From Promethearchaeota archaeon (GTDB lineage Archaea > Asgardarchaeota > Lokiarchaeia > Sigyniarchaeales > SOKP01): a stretch of DNA of 64,000 nt. The notes under the pieces were generated by a model. The model saw nothing but the letters and a program-made list of their open reading frames with translations, did no database searches and was not told the origin of the DNA. Made by a program: the position numbers and the translations under genes. Shown here in pieces: positions 29,277-39,844 of this stretch; within the stretch, counting starts at the first letter, position 1, and every line of letters starts with the position of its first letter. Location of the stretch: NCBI GenBank assembly GCA_048940645.1, contig JBHLOI010000002.1:32001-96000 (forward strand). The letters are read 5' to 3'.

Positions 29277-30338
29277 TTAAATAATTGAAATAATATACCA
29301 TGAGATTAGCATTGTACCTATTCCTAAAAATATTGAAATGGGAAGACCAGGCAAAATTTTATTACGTTTTAGCCCCATGATTGTTATACCTGTTCCAATT
29401 ATGATTGCAATTGCTGTTAAAATCATGACTATTACGCTATTTGCTTGAATAAGTGCACTTGAAGTAAGCATGCTATAAAAAGCTAAATCCCCAATTCCAA
29501 TTTCTAATTTAGAAGTGTCATATACAGCTTCACCACTATCAATCTTTTCTTGGATATCTTTCTTAGCTAAATCCTTATTTACATCCCCTTGGGAAGCGAT
29601 GTCTATCATTTCTTTTATTGGTCCCTTTTTATAGAGTACAGCAAATATATCCCAAATAGATATTCCAATTAAAATTGCTAATGTAGTCCAAAGTGGCATT
29701 AACACCCCCATAGATGCTCCAACCAATAAACCCATGTATAACACGATAATATTCTTAGTAAATACTGATTTCGATGTAAAATATCCATAAAGTAAAAAGA
29801 GGGTAAAAATTCCAACATATATAGGTAAAAGAATATTTGCTAATGCATTATAAGTATAAACTAATGATGGTGATTCGGGAAATTGTATAAAGAATAAATA
29901 TAAAATAATGGAACTAAAAAACAGTGATAAGAAAAAGCTTAAAAAACCAAAGCTTAAACCAAATATATACTTTAAAACATCAATCCCTCGTTTTTTCACC
30001 AAGTAGATTATTAGAAATGCTGAAGCAGCAGCCATAATAGTGAAAATAACTCCATTTAATATTCCGCCTAAAGCTCCAAACTCCTCTTCAGATAAATAAC
30101 CACCGTCTATTTGAACTCCGGCTTCTATATATGTAAGATAAGATAAAATCCCAGCAATAATTACAACAAGTATAATTGGTAATGCATAAAATTTAGAACT
30201 AATTCTATATGTAGGTAAAAAATGTGGCACAAAATCTTTTTCAATTACTTCTTTTTCTGATTCTGTTTCTTCTGTATCTCTTTGATTATTTGGTTGATTT
30301 TGATGGTCAATCTGTGAATTTTCAAAATTTTCTGACAT
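29277..30338 (-). CDS. Presenilin-family (A22) GxGD intramembrane aspartyl protease
   Basis: ISIWDIFAVL (YD equivalent), IGIGDLAFYS, LPGLPIS (PAL equivalent), about 9 TM helices. Confidence 0.9.
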   Translation of the reverse strand: MSENFENSQIDHQNQPNNQRDTEETESEKEVIEKDFVPHFLPTYRISSKFYALPIILVVIIAGILSYLTYIEAGVQIDGGYLSEEEFGALGGILNGVIFTIMAAASAFLIIYLVKKRGIDVLKYIFGLSFGFLSFFLSLFFSSIILYLFFIQFPESPSLVYTYNALANILLPIYVGIFTLFLLYGYFTSKSVFTKNIIVLYMGLLVGASMGVLMPLWTTLAILIGISIWDIFAVLYKKGPIKEMIDIASQGDVNKDLAKKDIQEKIDSGEAVYDTSKLEIGIGDLAFYSMLTSSALIQANSVIVMILTAIAIIIGTGITIMGLKRNKILPGLPISIFLGIGTMLISWYIISII

Positions 30339-30457
30339 ATTATTATAGTACTTTGTTTATGAATTAATTATTTAAGGTAATAATATAATTAATAATTTAA
30401 ATATCTGTTATTTATGAAAAATATTAGAAAACAACTCGATGTAAATAATTAAAAATA

Positions 30458-31144
30458 ATGTCAAAATACCAAAATTTTGAACAAAAATTAAGTAAAGCTT
30501 ATTTAAATTTTTTGAATAGTGATATTAGAAAAATTTATCATAACCCTATATTTCCGTGTCATTTAGGAATTATTTTTTTTAGTAATAATCATAGTAATTT
30601 ATTTGAAAAATTAAATATAGAAATTAATAACGTTTTTGAGCGTTTTTTCTTTGGGATTATGAGCTTTGAAATTAAAAATGATTATTTCTTCTCTATAAAA
30701 GAAAGAATTAAAGTTAAAGGATTATGTAATGATGTTTTTGTATATCCTTCAAATTATTTTTATACAATTATTTCTGATTACAAAATTAAAAACAATTCTG
30801 ACATAGGTCTTGGGATAACGAATTTACCCATATACTCAAGCGATAGAAAAAATTTGATATTTCTATATGGTGAGGCACATCTACGTCAAAATTGTGCTGT
30901 TGTGTCTTCCTACAATTTAAAATTGAATGCCCATTCTCAGCATGATGATAAAACTAATCATAGATTGATTAAAGAAGCGATTCATGAAATTGGACATATT
31001 ATTTTAGGAGCTGGGCATTGTTTAAATAAATTATGTGTTATGAGTTTCTCCAAAAATATTGAGGCAATTGATAAAAAATCACTAAAGCTATGTTCAAATT
31101 GCCAATTTGAATTAAAACGGTTAAGAGCAAAATTAAACTTTTAA
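30458..31144 (+). CDS. Archaemetzincin (peptidase M54)
   Basis: FLYGEA, AVVS, KEAIHEIGH..GAGHC...CVMSFS...D.K...LCSNC. Confidence 0.85.
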   Translation: MSKYQNFEQKLSKAYLNFLNSDIRKIYHNPIFPCHLGIIFFSNNHSNLFEKLNIEINNVFERFFFGIMSFEIKNDYFFSIKERIKVKGLCNDVFVYPSNYFYTIISDYKIKNNSDIGLGITNLPIYSSDRKNLIFLYGEAHLRQNCAVVSSYNLKLNAHSQHDDKTNHRLIKEAIHEIGHIILGAGHCLNKLCVMSFSKNIEAIDKKSLKLCSNCQFELKRLRAKLNF

Positions 31145-31160
31145 AAAGATTCAATTTTTC

Positions 31161-32408
31161 TTAAAAATAGACATTTGGAAACTGTTGTATAAATTCTTTC
31201 AATAAATTTACTCTATGCCTTCTTTCTTCTCTACGATAACGCAATGGATATAATTCATCAATAGTAAATTTATATAATTGAACCCATGTTTTTGCTACTT
31301 TTTCGATTCTATAATTTTCCGAAATTAATTTCGCATTTTTTCCGAACTCTTCTCTAAGATCATCATCTTTTAGTAATTTAATTACATATTCATTGAATTG
31401 ATCTAAATTATTAGCTAAATATCCTGTCTCTCCATGTCTTATTATATTAGCTATACCACAACCATTAGCTCCAACACTAGGAGTTCCTTGAGCCATAGCT
31501 TCCGCTAAAACTAAACCCTCTGCTTCAACCCAAGACCATAGACACGTTAAATCAACAGTATTATATAATTTTAACAAATCCTCGAATGGTACTCTCCCTT
31601 CATATGATACAAAATCTCTATATTTCTTATTCTTAACGATTTTCTCTACAGCATCAGTAGATGGACCGGGACTACCTACTAACATTAAATGAGAATCAGG
31701 AACCTTTTTATGAATTTCTCTAAATGCTTTTATAACTCGAATTGGATGTTTTTCAGGTGATAATCTTGAAGCATATAATAATACTTTTTTATCTCCTAAA
31801 TTATATTTTTCTCTAATTCCATTTTGTTTAAGCGTTTTAAAGTAAAAATCAGGAATTCCCGTATTTAGAGCAATTATTGGTTCTTTAAACTTATATCTAA
31901 GTAATAAATCTTTTTTTGTTTTAGTTGGAACATGAACCAAATCATATTTGTCTAAGACTTGCCTTTCATATCTCCAGATGATATCATTTTTGGCCAGTAA
32001 TTTGCCGAATATTGGTATATATTGAGCTGTATAAAATTGCATAGGACTATGATGGGAACCAATCATAGGGATTCCTAAATATTTTGCCCAGTTGATGGCC
32101 ATCGCTCCCACTGTCGCGTGTGTATGAATATGTGCGATGTCCAAATAATCCTCTTGGCAAAGGAAGATTTTATGTATTGGGACAGTTAGAACAAACTGGG
32201 TCTTATGTCCTATTTGAACACCTCCTAAATCGTGAAAGTGGAGTGTCTTTGGTTTTTTATATCCGTCCTGAATACAGGGAGCAAAAATATGTACATTATG
32301 TCCTAATTTTGCTATGGCATTACTTAAAAATCTTACACCATGTGCAAGACCATTCATTTGACTGTACATATTACTGAAAATTCCAATTTCCAGTTTATTC
32401 TTAACCAT
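31161..32408 (-). CDS. Glycosyltransferase family 4
   Basis: SRLSPEK, EAEGLVLAEAMAQGTP, HIHT. Confidence 0.88.
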   Translation of the reverse strand: MVKNKLEIGIFSNMYSQMNGLAHGVRFLSNAIAKLGHNVHIFAPCIQDGYKKPKTLHFHDLGGVQIGHKTQFVLTVPIHKIFLCQEDYLDIAHIHTHATVGAMAINWAKYLGIPMIGSHHSPMQFYTAQYIPIFGKLLAKNDIIWRYERQVLDKYDLVHVPTKTKKDLLLRYKFKEPIIALNTGIPDFYFKTLKQNGIREKYNLGDKKVLLYASRLSPEKHPIRVIKAFREIHKKVPDSHLMLVGSPGPSTDAVEKIVKNKKYRDFVSYEGRVPFEDLLKLYNTVDLTCLWSWVEAEGLVLAEAMAQGTPSVGANGCGIANIIRHGETGYLANNLDQFNEYVIKLLKDDDLREEFGKNAKLISENYRIEKVAKTWVQLYKFTIDELYPLRYRREERRHRVNLLKEFIQQFPNVYF

Positions 32409-32683
32409 GGTTTTAATCCTAAAAATAGAAAAATATTATATTTATCTAGATACATTTTTATTTAAAAAACTATGTTTTTAATAAAAAATTGGTGATTTTT
32501 TAATAAAATCTTAAAAATTATCATTAAGTCTTTAAAGTCTATTAATTACAGCTTATTTTTTTCTCTAAGTTAGATTCAATTCATTATTAAATATATTCAA
32601 ACCTAATAAAAACCTTTATTTATCTTGTTAACTGAATTATTTCAGTTAAATATGTATGACTGAAAGTTAAGAGGATATATTAA

Positions 32684-33166
32684 ATGCAGAAATACCATAT
32701 GAGAAAATTAGAAAAAGAAATAACAAATAGAGAAAAGATATATGATATTTTAAAAAGGGGAAAATATACCATTCTTTCATTATGTCGAGATAATGAACCA
32801 TATGTAGTAACTCTAAGTTATGGGTTTGATGATAAAAAAAATTCATTGTATCTTCATACTGCTAATCAAGGTTTAAAAATTGATTTTATAAAAAGAAACC
32901 CAAACATATGTGGGACAGTAATAGAAGATCATGGTTATAAAATGAATCAATGCTCTCATGCTTATTGTTCGATAGTTTTTTGGGGAAAAATATCTGTAAT
33001 AGAAGACCTTAAAGAAAAAAAGCATGCATTTAACGTCTTAATAAATCATTTAGAAGAAAATCCTGATGAAGTTAAACAGAGATTTTTAAAAAAAGATACT
33101 GTTTATTATGATACATGTTTGTTACGACTTGATATTATCGAAATAACTGGTAAAAAGAGTTTGTAA
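32684..33166 (+). CDS. Pyridoxamine 5'-phosphate oxidase / NimA-like flavin-binding protein
   Basis: MRKLEKEI, EPYVVTLSYG, LYLHTA..GLK, NPNIC, YCSIVFWG, ITGK. Confidence 0.88.
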   Translation: MQKYHMRKLEKEITNREKIYDILKRGKYTILSLCRDNEPYVVTLSYGFDDKKNSLYLHTANQGLKIDFIKRNPNICGTVIEDHGYKMNQCSHAYCSIVFWGKISVIEDLKEKKHAFNVLINHLEENPDEVKQRFLKKDTVYYDTCLLRLDIIEITGKKSL

Positions 33167-33215
33167 GATATTTAAAATAAAAAAATTTTTTTTAAAAGAA
33201 ATATAATTAAACTTT

Positions 33216-33392
33216 ATGGATGCTAAAGAAGAACAAAAAATTGTCGAAGAAATATTAAAAGATAGAAGATTACCACATTCAATAGAGATATTAGATGTTG
33301 ATGGAGATAAATACACTGTTCGAAATAATTTTGGTTCTACAATTATATACTATAAAAAAGGAGAAAATTATTTTTTAGAAGAAGAACTATAA
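33216..33392 (+). CDS. Small hypothetical protein (58 aa)
   Basis: Not in the ORF track. MDAKEEQKIVEEILKDRRLPHSIEILDVDGDKYTVRNNFGSTIIYYKKGENYFLEEEL has natural composition, is co-oriented with its neighbours and fills the gap. Confidence 0.65.
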   Translation: MDAKEEQKIVEEILKDRRLPHSIEILDVDGDKYTVRNNFGSTIIYYKKGENYFLEEEL

Positions 33393-33634
33393 AAGAGGAT
33401 AATTTAATAGTAATTCAGGCAGAATACCCTAATCCTTTCGTTTGATTTTTAGTTTATAAATAAATTCCTTCTATTAAATGTATCTATAAGTCTTCTTTAA
33501 ATTGATTTATTCTATAAATAATAAATACTAAATATCTATTGAATCTTTAAATTATTCATAGTTAAGATTATAAGATCGTAATTTTTTTTATTAATCATAG
33601 GAAAAAGAAAATAGCAAGAGTAATTTACAAACTC

Positions 33635-34825
33635 ATGAGAAGGAGAAAAATCAAATCAGAAAGCTCTGAAGAGAAATTTAAGGAAAAATTTCGGGCTGTA
33701 ATAGATAACTCAACTTCATTATCTATGTATAATGAAAAGAAAAAGGCTATTTGTATTATAAAAAAGAATTTAGCTAAAGATTATGAAATTGAAGTTGATG
33801 CCTCTGAAGCCCCAATCCTTAATAAAATGACCGAAACTCCTGAACCATATGAAAATTCTATAGCAGATCTTAAAATTTTGGAAGAAGAAGTTTTCCCATT
33901 AAGTAAAGCATTTAAGAATGTTTTTGGTGAAGAAAAAGAAATAGAATTATATTCAATAAAATTAGCTATCGGAGGAAGTAATACTGATTATGTTACAATC
34001 AGTGAAAAGGATTTGGTAAAATATGACGTGGAACCAACACTAAGTGGTTTAAGAGATTTCATAAAGGAAAATACAGAGAGCATTTTAGGTTTTCTTGATA
34101 GTAAATATATAAGTGAAGAGGGAAATGTCATTTATTTGAGGTGTGGAAAAAAAAATGTTTCTGACAATATATTTTCTTTAAAGATTGTAATACTTGCTTC
34201 TTTACAACAAAGAGGATATTTTCTTCAGCAAGAGCATAAGTACTATGGACTTCAGCTCTTTTTAGTTATAGAATCTAGAAAAGAAAATGATGATAAATTA
34301 CTAGAATTCTTAAAGGAATTAGGTATTGATTGGGAATTAATCTTTTTCAGAAGAAAATTAGCTATTCACGATTGGACTGAAATAGAATGTGAAAGAAATT
34401 CAGAAAATCTAAAAAGTTATCTACGAGCAAGATATGATACCCTGAATTATTTCGACATAAATAATATAATAAGATTAATAGTTAAAAATCAATTACCATT
34501 TAAAGTTGCAGATAAGATGGCTTCACTACTTTACAAAATGAAAACTGAGAGGGCACTACAAATGCATGAAAAGAAATTCGAGCAATCAAAGGTTAAAGAG
34601 AGAATGTATATTGATGATTCAGTTCAAAATTTTTCAAGAAGTGCTAATGATGATGATAAAATTCAAGCTGGAGATGAATATTCTCTTACCCTCAAAAAAG
34701 CTGAGATTGTTGCTGCTGCAAAAATTGCCTGTGCTTATTTAGGAATACAAATTGAGATTAAATTTGATAGAGATATCTCAACAGAAGATGTTTTAAAATA
34801 TCAGGATGAGTTAACTAATTTTTAG
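33635..34825 (+). CDS. Hypothetical protein
   Basis: 396-aa ORF with typical codon usage; no motif recognised. Confidence 0.7.
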   Translation: MRRRKIKSESSEEKFKEKFRAVIDNSTSLSMYNEKKKAICIIKKNLAKDYEIEVDASEAPILNKMTETPEPYENSIADLKILEEEVFPLSKAFKNVFGEEKEIELYSIKLAIGGSNTDYVTISEKDLVKYDVEPTLSGLRDFIKENTESILGFLDSKYISEEGNVIYLRCGKKNVSDNIFSLKIVILASLQQRGYFLQQEHKYYGLQLFLVIESRKENDDKLLEFLKELGIDWELIFFRRKLAIHDWTEIECERNSENLKSYLRARYDTLNYFDINNIIRLIVKNQLPFKVADKMASLLYKMKTERALQMHEKKFEQSKVKERMYIDDSVQNFSRSANDDDKIQAGDEYSLTLKKAEIVAAAKIACAYLGIQIEIKFDRDISTEDVLKYQDELTNF

Positions 34826-34875
34826 TCTCTACTCTTTTAAAAATAATAAAGAAAAAATTTAAGATTTTTATAAAA

Positions 34876-35880
34876 TTAATCTAATCCATAAGAACTTTTT
34901 AATAATTCATAGTTTACTGCTCCAGCGGTGATTGATCTTCCAGTTCTAATATTATTAACAGTATAAGTTGCGGGAGCAAATAAACCAGGATCAATTTTAT
35001 AGAAGTCATAATCTGCTTCTTTAAAGATTGTGTTAAATGGTTTTCCATAGCTAGAGGATTGGTTAGAAGGGGCATTTTTTATAAGCTCAAATAAATTTTC
35101 TTCTTTTTCTTTTTCAACATCAATTGTGTAGAAAACTTTTCCTCCAGCTATTATAGAATCATTAGTGGTTCCCATTGCTGCAAAATCATCGTTAGCAATT
35201 GGTGCAATTGATGTCGTTCCAAAGCCATCCTTAATCACTTCCAATGGAAAATGAATTTCATGGAGTTTATGAATCCCGGTTTCCACGATTCTTGCGGCCA
35301 CCTGAATGGATCCCGTTAAACAGGCAGTAGGAGCACATACTGCATATGTATTTTCTGGTGTTACTTTAGATTTTTCAGACACAATAGCCAATACTTCCTC
35401 ATTGGGCATCTTTCTCGTCTCAAATACTATTATAGCACAATCAGAATCATCAATATATTTTAACTCATCAAAGAGTTTTTCAACTTTAGCTTTTGCTCTT
35501 GCTGGTCCTGAGCCTAAAGATTGAAATACTACCTTCTTTTTAATTTCTCCATTTTTTTCAACTTCTTTTTTTAATTTCACAGACCATCCTGCCAATTGAG
35601 ACGCCATACATGATATAATTGGTTCTGAAGTATATACATTAACAGCAGGGAAAAAGTGACCATCTAAACTAAAAGTTGTAAATTCTACAGTTCCTAAACC
35701 ACCCATGCAAATTTCTCCAACTAATTTTCCTCCCATCCATGATGCATTTGTCATATCTAAGATTGTAGAACCATTACTTAATTTATAGACTTCAGCTTTA
35801 AAATAATCTTTATTTTCAATAATTTCTTCAACAATTTTCAAGGCGAGATTATTAATTTTCACGTGGTGCATTATTATCAC
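34876..35880 (-). CDS. mch: Methenyltetrahydromethanopterin cyclohydrolase
   Basis: EICMGGLG, SQLAGW, LGSGPARA, APTACLTGSIQVAARIVETG, AMGTTND, DFYKIDPGLFAPA. Confidence 0.95.
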   Translation of the reverse strand: MIIMHHVKINNLALKIVEEIIENKDYFKAEVYKLSNGSTILDMTNASWMGGKLVGEICMGGLGTVEFTTFSLDGHFFPAVNVYTSEPIISCMASQLAGWSVKLKKEVEKNGEIKKKVVFQSLGSGPARAKAKVEKLFDELKYIDDSDCAIIVFETRKMPNEEVLAIVSEKSKVTPENTYAVCAPTACLTGSIQVAARIVETGIHKLHEIHFPLEVIKDGFGTTSIAPIANDDFAAMGTTNDSIIAGGKVFYTIDVEKEKEENLFELIKNAPSNQSSSYGKPFNTIFKEADYDFYKIDPGLFAPATYTVNNIRTGRSITAGAVNYELLKSSYGLD

Positions 35881-35964
35881 CTAAATAACAATTTTTATTG
35901 GGTATTTAAAATTAAATTTTTATTTTATTATATTAACATAAGTTTTAATTAAAAGTTTATAAAA

Positions 35965-37479
35965 ATGGATGAATCAATAGCTAAATTAAAAGAATTAACC
36001 AATGACTTGATCAATACAAAATCTTTTTTTTTTGAAAAACTTAATAAAATAAATTCATCCATTCATATTTTCACTCATTTAGATGCTGATGGATTAGCTT
36101 CGGGTGCAATATTAGGGAGAGCTTTATACAGAGAGAAAATTCCATTTCAAATTTCAATTCTTAAGCAATTAGAACGAGAGGAAATATTAAAAATTAAAGA
36201 ATTGTCTCAAGAATATAACTACTTTTTTATATTTTCTGATTTTGGAAGTGGTCAGTACTTAGAATTGATTAATAAATTGAAATCTGATGATGGATTAAAG
36301 TCCTTTATTATCCTTGACCACCATATTCCCCAAAATGTATCTGATAAAGAGGATAATTCTATTTTTAATATATATAATGAAACCAAGCCTTGGCATATTA
36401 ATCCTTATTTCTATGATATTGATGGAAGCACTGAAATTTCTGGAGCAGGATTGTGTTATTATTTTGCTAAAGTTTTAAATGAAAAAAATGTAAATCTTTC
36501 CCCTATTGCTCTAATTGGAGCAACAGGAGATATGCAATATCAAGAACCTAAAAAGTCGTTTATAGGGCTTAATAAACTTATCTTAAATGAAGCAATGCAA
36601 TTAGATATTATTGAAATGGTAAATGATTTAAATTTTTCACCGATTAAACCATTAAACGAGGCAATTGCTTATTCTAGTGACATTAACTTACCAGGTTTAA
36701 CTGGAGATCCCAATAAAGTCTTAATTTTTCTACAGAAGTTAGGTATTTTAATGGAAAACACAAATGGGAATATAAAAGCTCTAGCTGATCTGAATCAAAG
36801 TGATAAACAAAAAATTACTTCAGCAATTATTCGATATATTTCATTTAAATTAGACCTAGATCCTAATGAGATATTAGATAAATTAATTATTAATCGTTAT
36901 ATTTTGAAGAATGAAATTAAGGCATCAGAACTTCATGATTTGAATGGATTTTCTAATTTATTGAATTCATGTGGAAGAACTGATGTTGGGGGACTAGGAA
37001 TTGTTGTTGCAATGGGAGATAGAGGAAAGGCTTTTCAAAAAGCCCTAGAAAATTTAATGATTTATAAAAAATCTATTGTTAAAGCTTTAACTTGGATACA
37101 CGAAAAGAGGAAAATTCAACATAAAGACTATATACAATATTTTTTTGGAGAAGACATTATACCTGAAAAAATTATTGGTACCATTAGCTCAATGTTAATT
37201 TTTGAAAAGAGTGATTTATTGGATACCTCAAAACCAATATTTGGTTTTGCTAAGAGAGAAGAGGGAAATATGTATAAAGTTTCAGCTAGAGCTGATAAAA
37301 AACTCGTGAATGAAGGACTAAATTTATCAGAAGTGATAAGAGAAGCTTTAGAATTAACAAATCTAGAGACTTTAGGAGGGGGTCATCCACCTGCTGCTGG
37401 TACCAAAATACCAATAGATCGTGTAAATGATTTTTTAGAAAATTGTAATAAGACTGTTGAAAAGCAACTTTCTAAATGA
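35965..37479 (+). CDS. RecJ/Cdc45-like DHH nuclease (GAN type)
   Basis: HLDADG, SDFGSG, LDHH, LPGLTGD, LLNSCGR, GGGHPPAAG (DHHA1). Confidence 0.88.
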   Translation: MDESIAKLKELTNDLINTKSFFFEKLNKINSSIHIFTHLDADGLASGAILGRALYREKIPFQISILKQLEREEILKIKELSQEYNYFFIFSDFGSGQYLELINKLKSDDGLKSFIILDHHIPQNVSDKEDNSIFNIYNETKPWHINPYFYDIDGSTEISGAGLCYYFAKVLNEKNVNLSPIALIGATGDMQYQEPKKSFIGLNKLILNEAMQLDIIEMVNDLNFSPIKPLNEAIAYSSDINLPGLTGDPNKVLIFLQKLGILMENTNGNIKALADLNQSDKQKITSAIIRYISFKLDLDPNEILDKLIINRYILKNEIKASELHDLNGFSNLLNSCGRTDVGGLGIVVAMGDRGKAFQKALENLMIYKKSIVKALTWIHEKRKIQHKDYIQYFFGEDIIPEKIIGTISSMLIFEKSDLLDTSKPIFGFAKREEGNMYKVSARADKKLVNEGLNLSEVIREALELTNLETLGGGHPPAAGTKIPIDRVNDFLENCNKTVEKQLSK

Positions 37480-37495
37480 ATTCTAATTGAACATT

Positions 37496-38800
37496 CTAAA
37501 TACTGTAAATTTCTCCAGTTTCAGGAGCAACAGAATTATAACCTTCATTGGCGAGACCTCGCGCAAATGAAGTAGTTGCCTTATCATCACCATGAATACA
37601 AAACACATACTTCGAATTGTCAAGAAAATTTAGATTATGGATATATTTCAATAAGTGTTTTCGATCAGCATGACTAGAAAAATCATAATAATCAATCTGA
37701 CAATTTGCTTTTTTAACTATTTTTCTGTTTGGATTTTTACTCTTATTATTTAGTTGATATTCAAAAATCTTCTCGTCTAATAGTTTTCTTCCAGGTGTTC
37801 CCTCAACTTGATATCCAACTAGATATATTGCAGAATTGGGATCATCTAATAGTAATTTAATATAATCAACTGCAGCTCCACCTCTTAGCATCCCAGATGG
37901 AGAAATTATAATTGAATTAGATTTCTGTGCAATTTTTTTTCGATTTTTCTCAGAAACAAACTCGGTTTTTTTCAATGATTTCTTATAGTAACTGAAGTCT
38001 CGAAAAAATGATGGATAATCGAAGTAAGCTACCCCTACCTTTCTAGCTAATCCATCCATATAAATTTGGTTTTTTAAATTATATTTATTTAGAATTAATA
38101 AGACTTCTTGAGAACGTGCGACTCCGAAGGCTGGGATAAGGACTCTACCATCATTTTCATTTACATCTATTACATGTTCTACAAAAATTCGCTCTAATTC
38201 TTTCCTTGAAGGATGATCTCTAAGAGCATAGGTTGATTCTATAATTAATGCATCAATATTTGGAATTATTGAAGTTTCTGCAGGATTTATTAAATTAGTT
38301 TCAATTAAATTAATATCTCCAGTATAAAGAAGTTTCTTTTTATCAACTTCAATTAAAATTGATACACTACCGGGGATATGCCCTGCATTATAAAAAGTGA
38401 TATAAAAATCTTCATCAATTTTTTTTCGATTCTCATTTTCTAAAAATTGAGCATTTTTTCTTAACTTTTCTATTTCTCTATATCCAAAGGGGTAATGATA
38501 ATTTGAAACTTTTATCATGTCTTTTAAAAGAATTTCGGTAATTCTCAATGTTAATGGATTAGTAAAGAAGGGCACATTAAAATTTTTAAAAAGGTAAGGT
38601 AAACCTCCAGAATGATCTATATGACAATGACTTAATGCAATTGCTTTAAGATTGCTTAAATCTGTATCATATGGTAATCGATTATCTTCACTGAATCTTA
38701 CTCCATAATCTAGAATACATTTTGTACCTTTATTGGATTCAATTAAGACTGCTGAACGCCCTACTTCTCTGCAACCACCTAGAAACGAAATTTTTGTCAT
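37496..38800 (-). CDS. Metallo-beta-lactamase/beta-CASP ribonuclease (aCPSF2-like)
   Basis: GGCREVGRS, SHCHIDHSG, AGHIPGS, YTGD, ESTY, PAFGVARSQE, SGML.GG, FSSHAD, IHGD. Confidence 0.9.
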   Translation of the reverse strand: MTKISFLGGCREVGRSAVLIESNKGTKCILDYGVRFSEDNRLPYDTDLSNLKAIALSHCHIDHSGGLPYLFKNFNVPFFTNPLTLRITEILLKDMIKVSNYHYPFGYREIEKLRKNAQFLENENRKKIDEDFYITFYNAGHIPGSVSILIEVDKKKLLYTGDINLIETNLINPAETSIIPNIDALIIESTYALRDHPSRKELERIFVEHVIDVNENDGRVLIPAFGVARSQEVLLILNKYNLKNQIYMDGLARKVGVAYFDYPSFFRDFSYYKKSLKKTEFVSEKNRKKIAQKSNSIIISPSGMLRGGAAVDYIKLLLDDPNSAIYLVGYQVEGTPGRKLLDEKIFEYQLNNKSKNPNRKIVKKANCQIDYYDFSSHADRKHLLKYIHNLNFLDNSKYVFCIHGDDKATTSFARGLANEGYNSVAPETGEIYSI

Positions 38801-38920
38801 GAAAGATTAATCTCTATAAAATATGAAAAATATCAAAAAACTTTTTACATATTTAAAACAATCAAGAAATATCAAGTTTTTTATTGATATATTTTAAATT
38901 TTTCTGAAGATGATATTTTT

Positions 38921-39784
38921 ATGAAATTTGAGGGAAATGCAGAAATCGGCATTATAGGAGGAACAGGCGCAGATATTGCGTTAGAAGATGCTGAAGAATT
39001 AAAAATTTATACTCCTTACGGAAATACTTCTGAATTTATTAATGTGGGTTATTTTAAAGGTAAAAAAGTAGCATTTTTACCTCGCCATGGAAAGGGTCAT
39101 ACGATACCACCTCATAAACTAAATTTCAGAGCAAATATATGGGCTATGAAAGAGTTGGGAGTAAAATACATTATTTCTCCTTCAGCAGTGGGATCCTTAA
39201 AGAGAGAATTGGATAAGGGACACTTTTTATTAGTAGATCAGTATATAGATAGAACAAAGAAACGCTTAGATACTTTTTATGAGGGAGGTCAAGTATGCCA
39301 CATTGGACAAGCCGAACCTTTCTGTGAATATTTAAATAATCTTTTTTTTGAAAGTGGTACGGAAATTGAAAGTTTAAATATTTTAAATGGAGGTACATAT
39401 GTGTGTATTGAAGGGCCCCGCTTTTCTACAAGAGCAGAATCTAAAACATTTCGCCAATGGAATGCCGACATAATAGGTATGACAGTTTATCCTGAAGTGG
39501 TACTTGCAGCAGAAAAGGAAATATGTTATTGCACTATAGCTATGATTACCGATTATGACGTTTGGGCAGCTTATTGTAAAAATTGTGGTATTGTAGAATA
39601 TGGAGAAAGATGTGAAAATTGTGGCGGATCCTTGGAGAAACTAGCCGTAAGCATCGAAGAAATTCTCGATACCGTTAGAAGAAACGAAGGAAATCTTAAA
39701 AAATTGTTAGAAATAGTCATTCCTAAAATAGATACTCAACGAGATTGTGGATGCCATCATACTCTTACAGGAGCAGTTATTTAA
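38921..39784 (+). CDS. mtnP: 5'-methylthioadenosine phosphorylase with zinc-ribbon insertion
   Basis: IGIIGGTG, LPRHG..H, RANIWAM, EGPRFSTRAES, IGMT, TDYDVW; insert CKNC...CENC. Confidence 0.92.
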   Translation: MKFEGNAEIGIIGGTGADIALEDAEELKIYTPYGNTSEFINVGYFKGKKVAFLPRHGKGHTIPPHKLNFRANIWAMKELGVKYIISPSAVGSLKRELDKGHFLLVDQYIDRTKKRLDTFYEGGQVCHIGQAEPFCEYLNNLFFESGTEIESLNILNGGTYVCIEGPRFSTRAESKTFRQWNADIIGMTVYPEVVLAAEKEICYCTIAMITDYDVWAAYCKNCGIVEYGERCENCGGSLEKLAVSIEEILDTVRRNEGNLKKLLEIVIPKIDTQRDCGCHHTLTGAVI

Positions 39785-39844
39785 TAAAACTTGAAAGTTT
39801 TAATTAATTTTTTTTATTTTTAATATAAAATAGTTTGAAGTTTT

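Noticed and set aside
39565-39645. MTAP insertion as a second, in-frame BHB intron
   Set aside because: It encodes a coherent CxxC...CxxC module with no stops, and I could not build a BHB at its borders.
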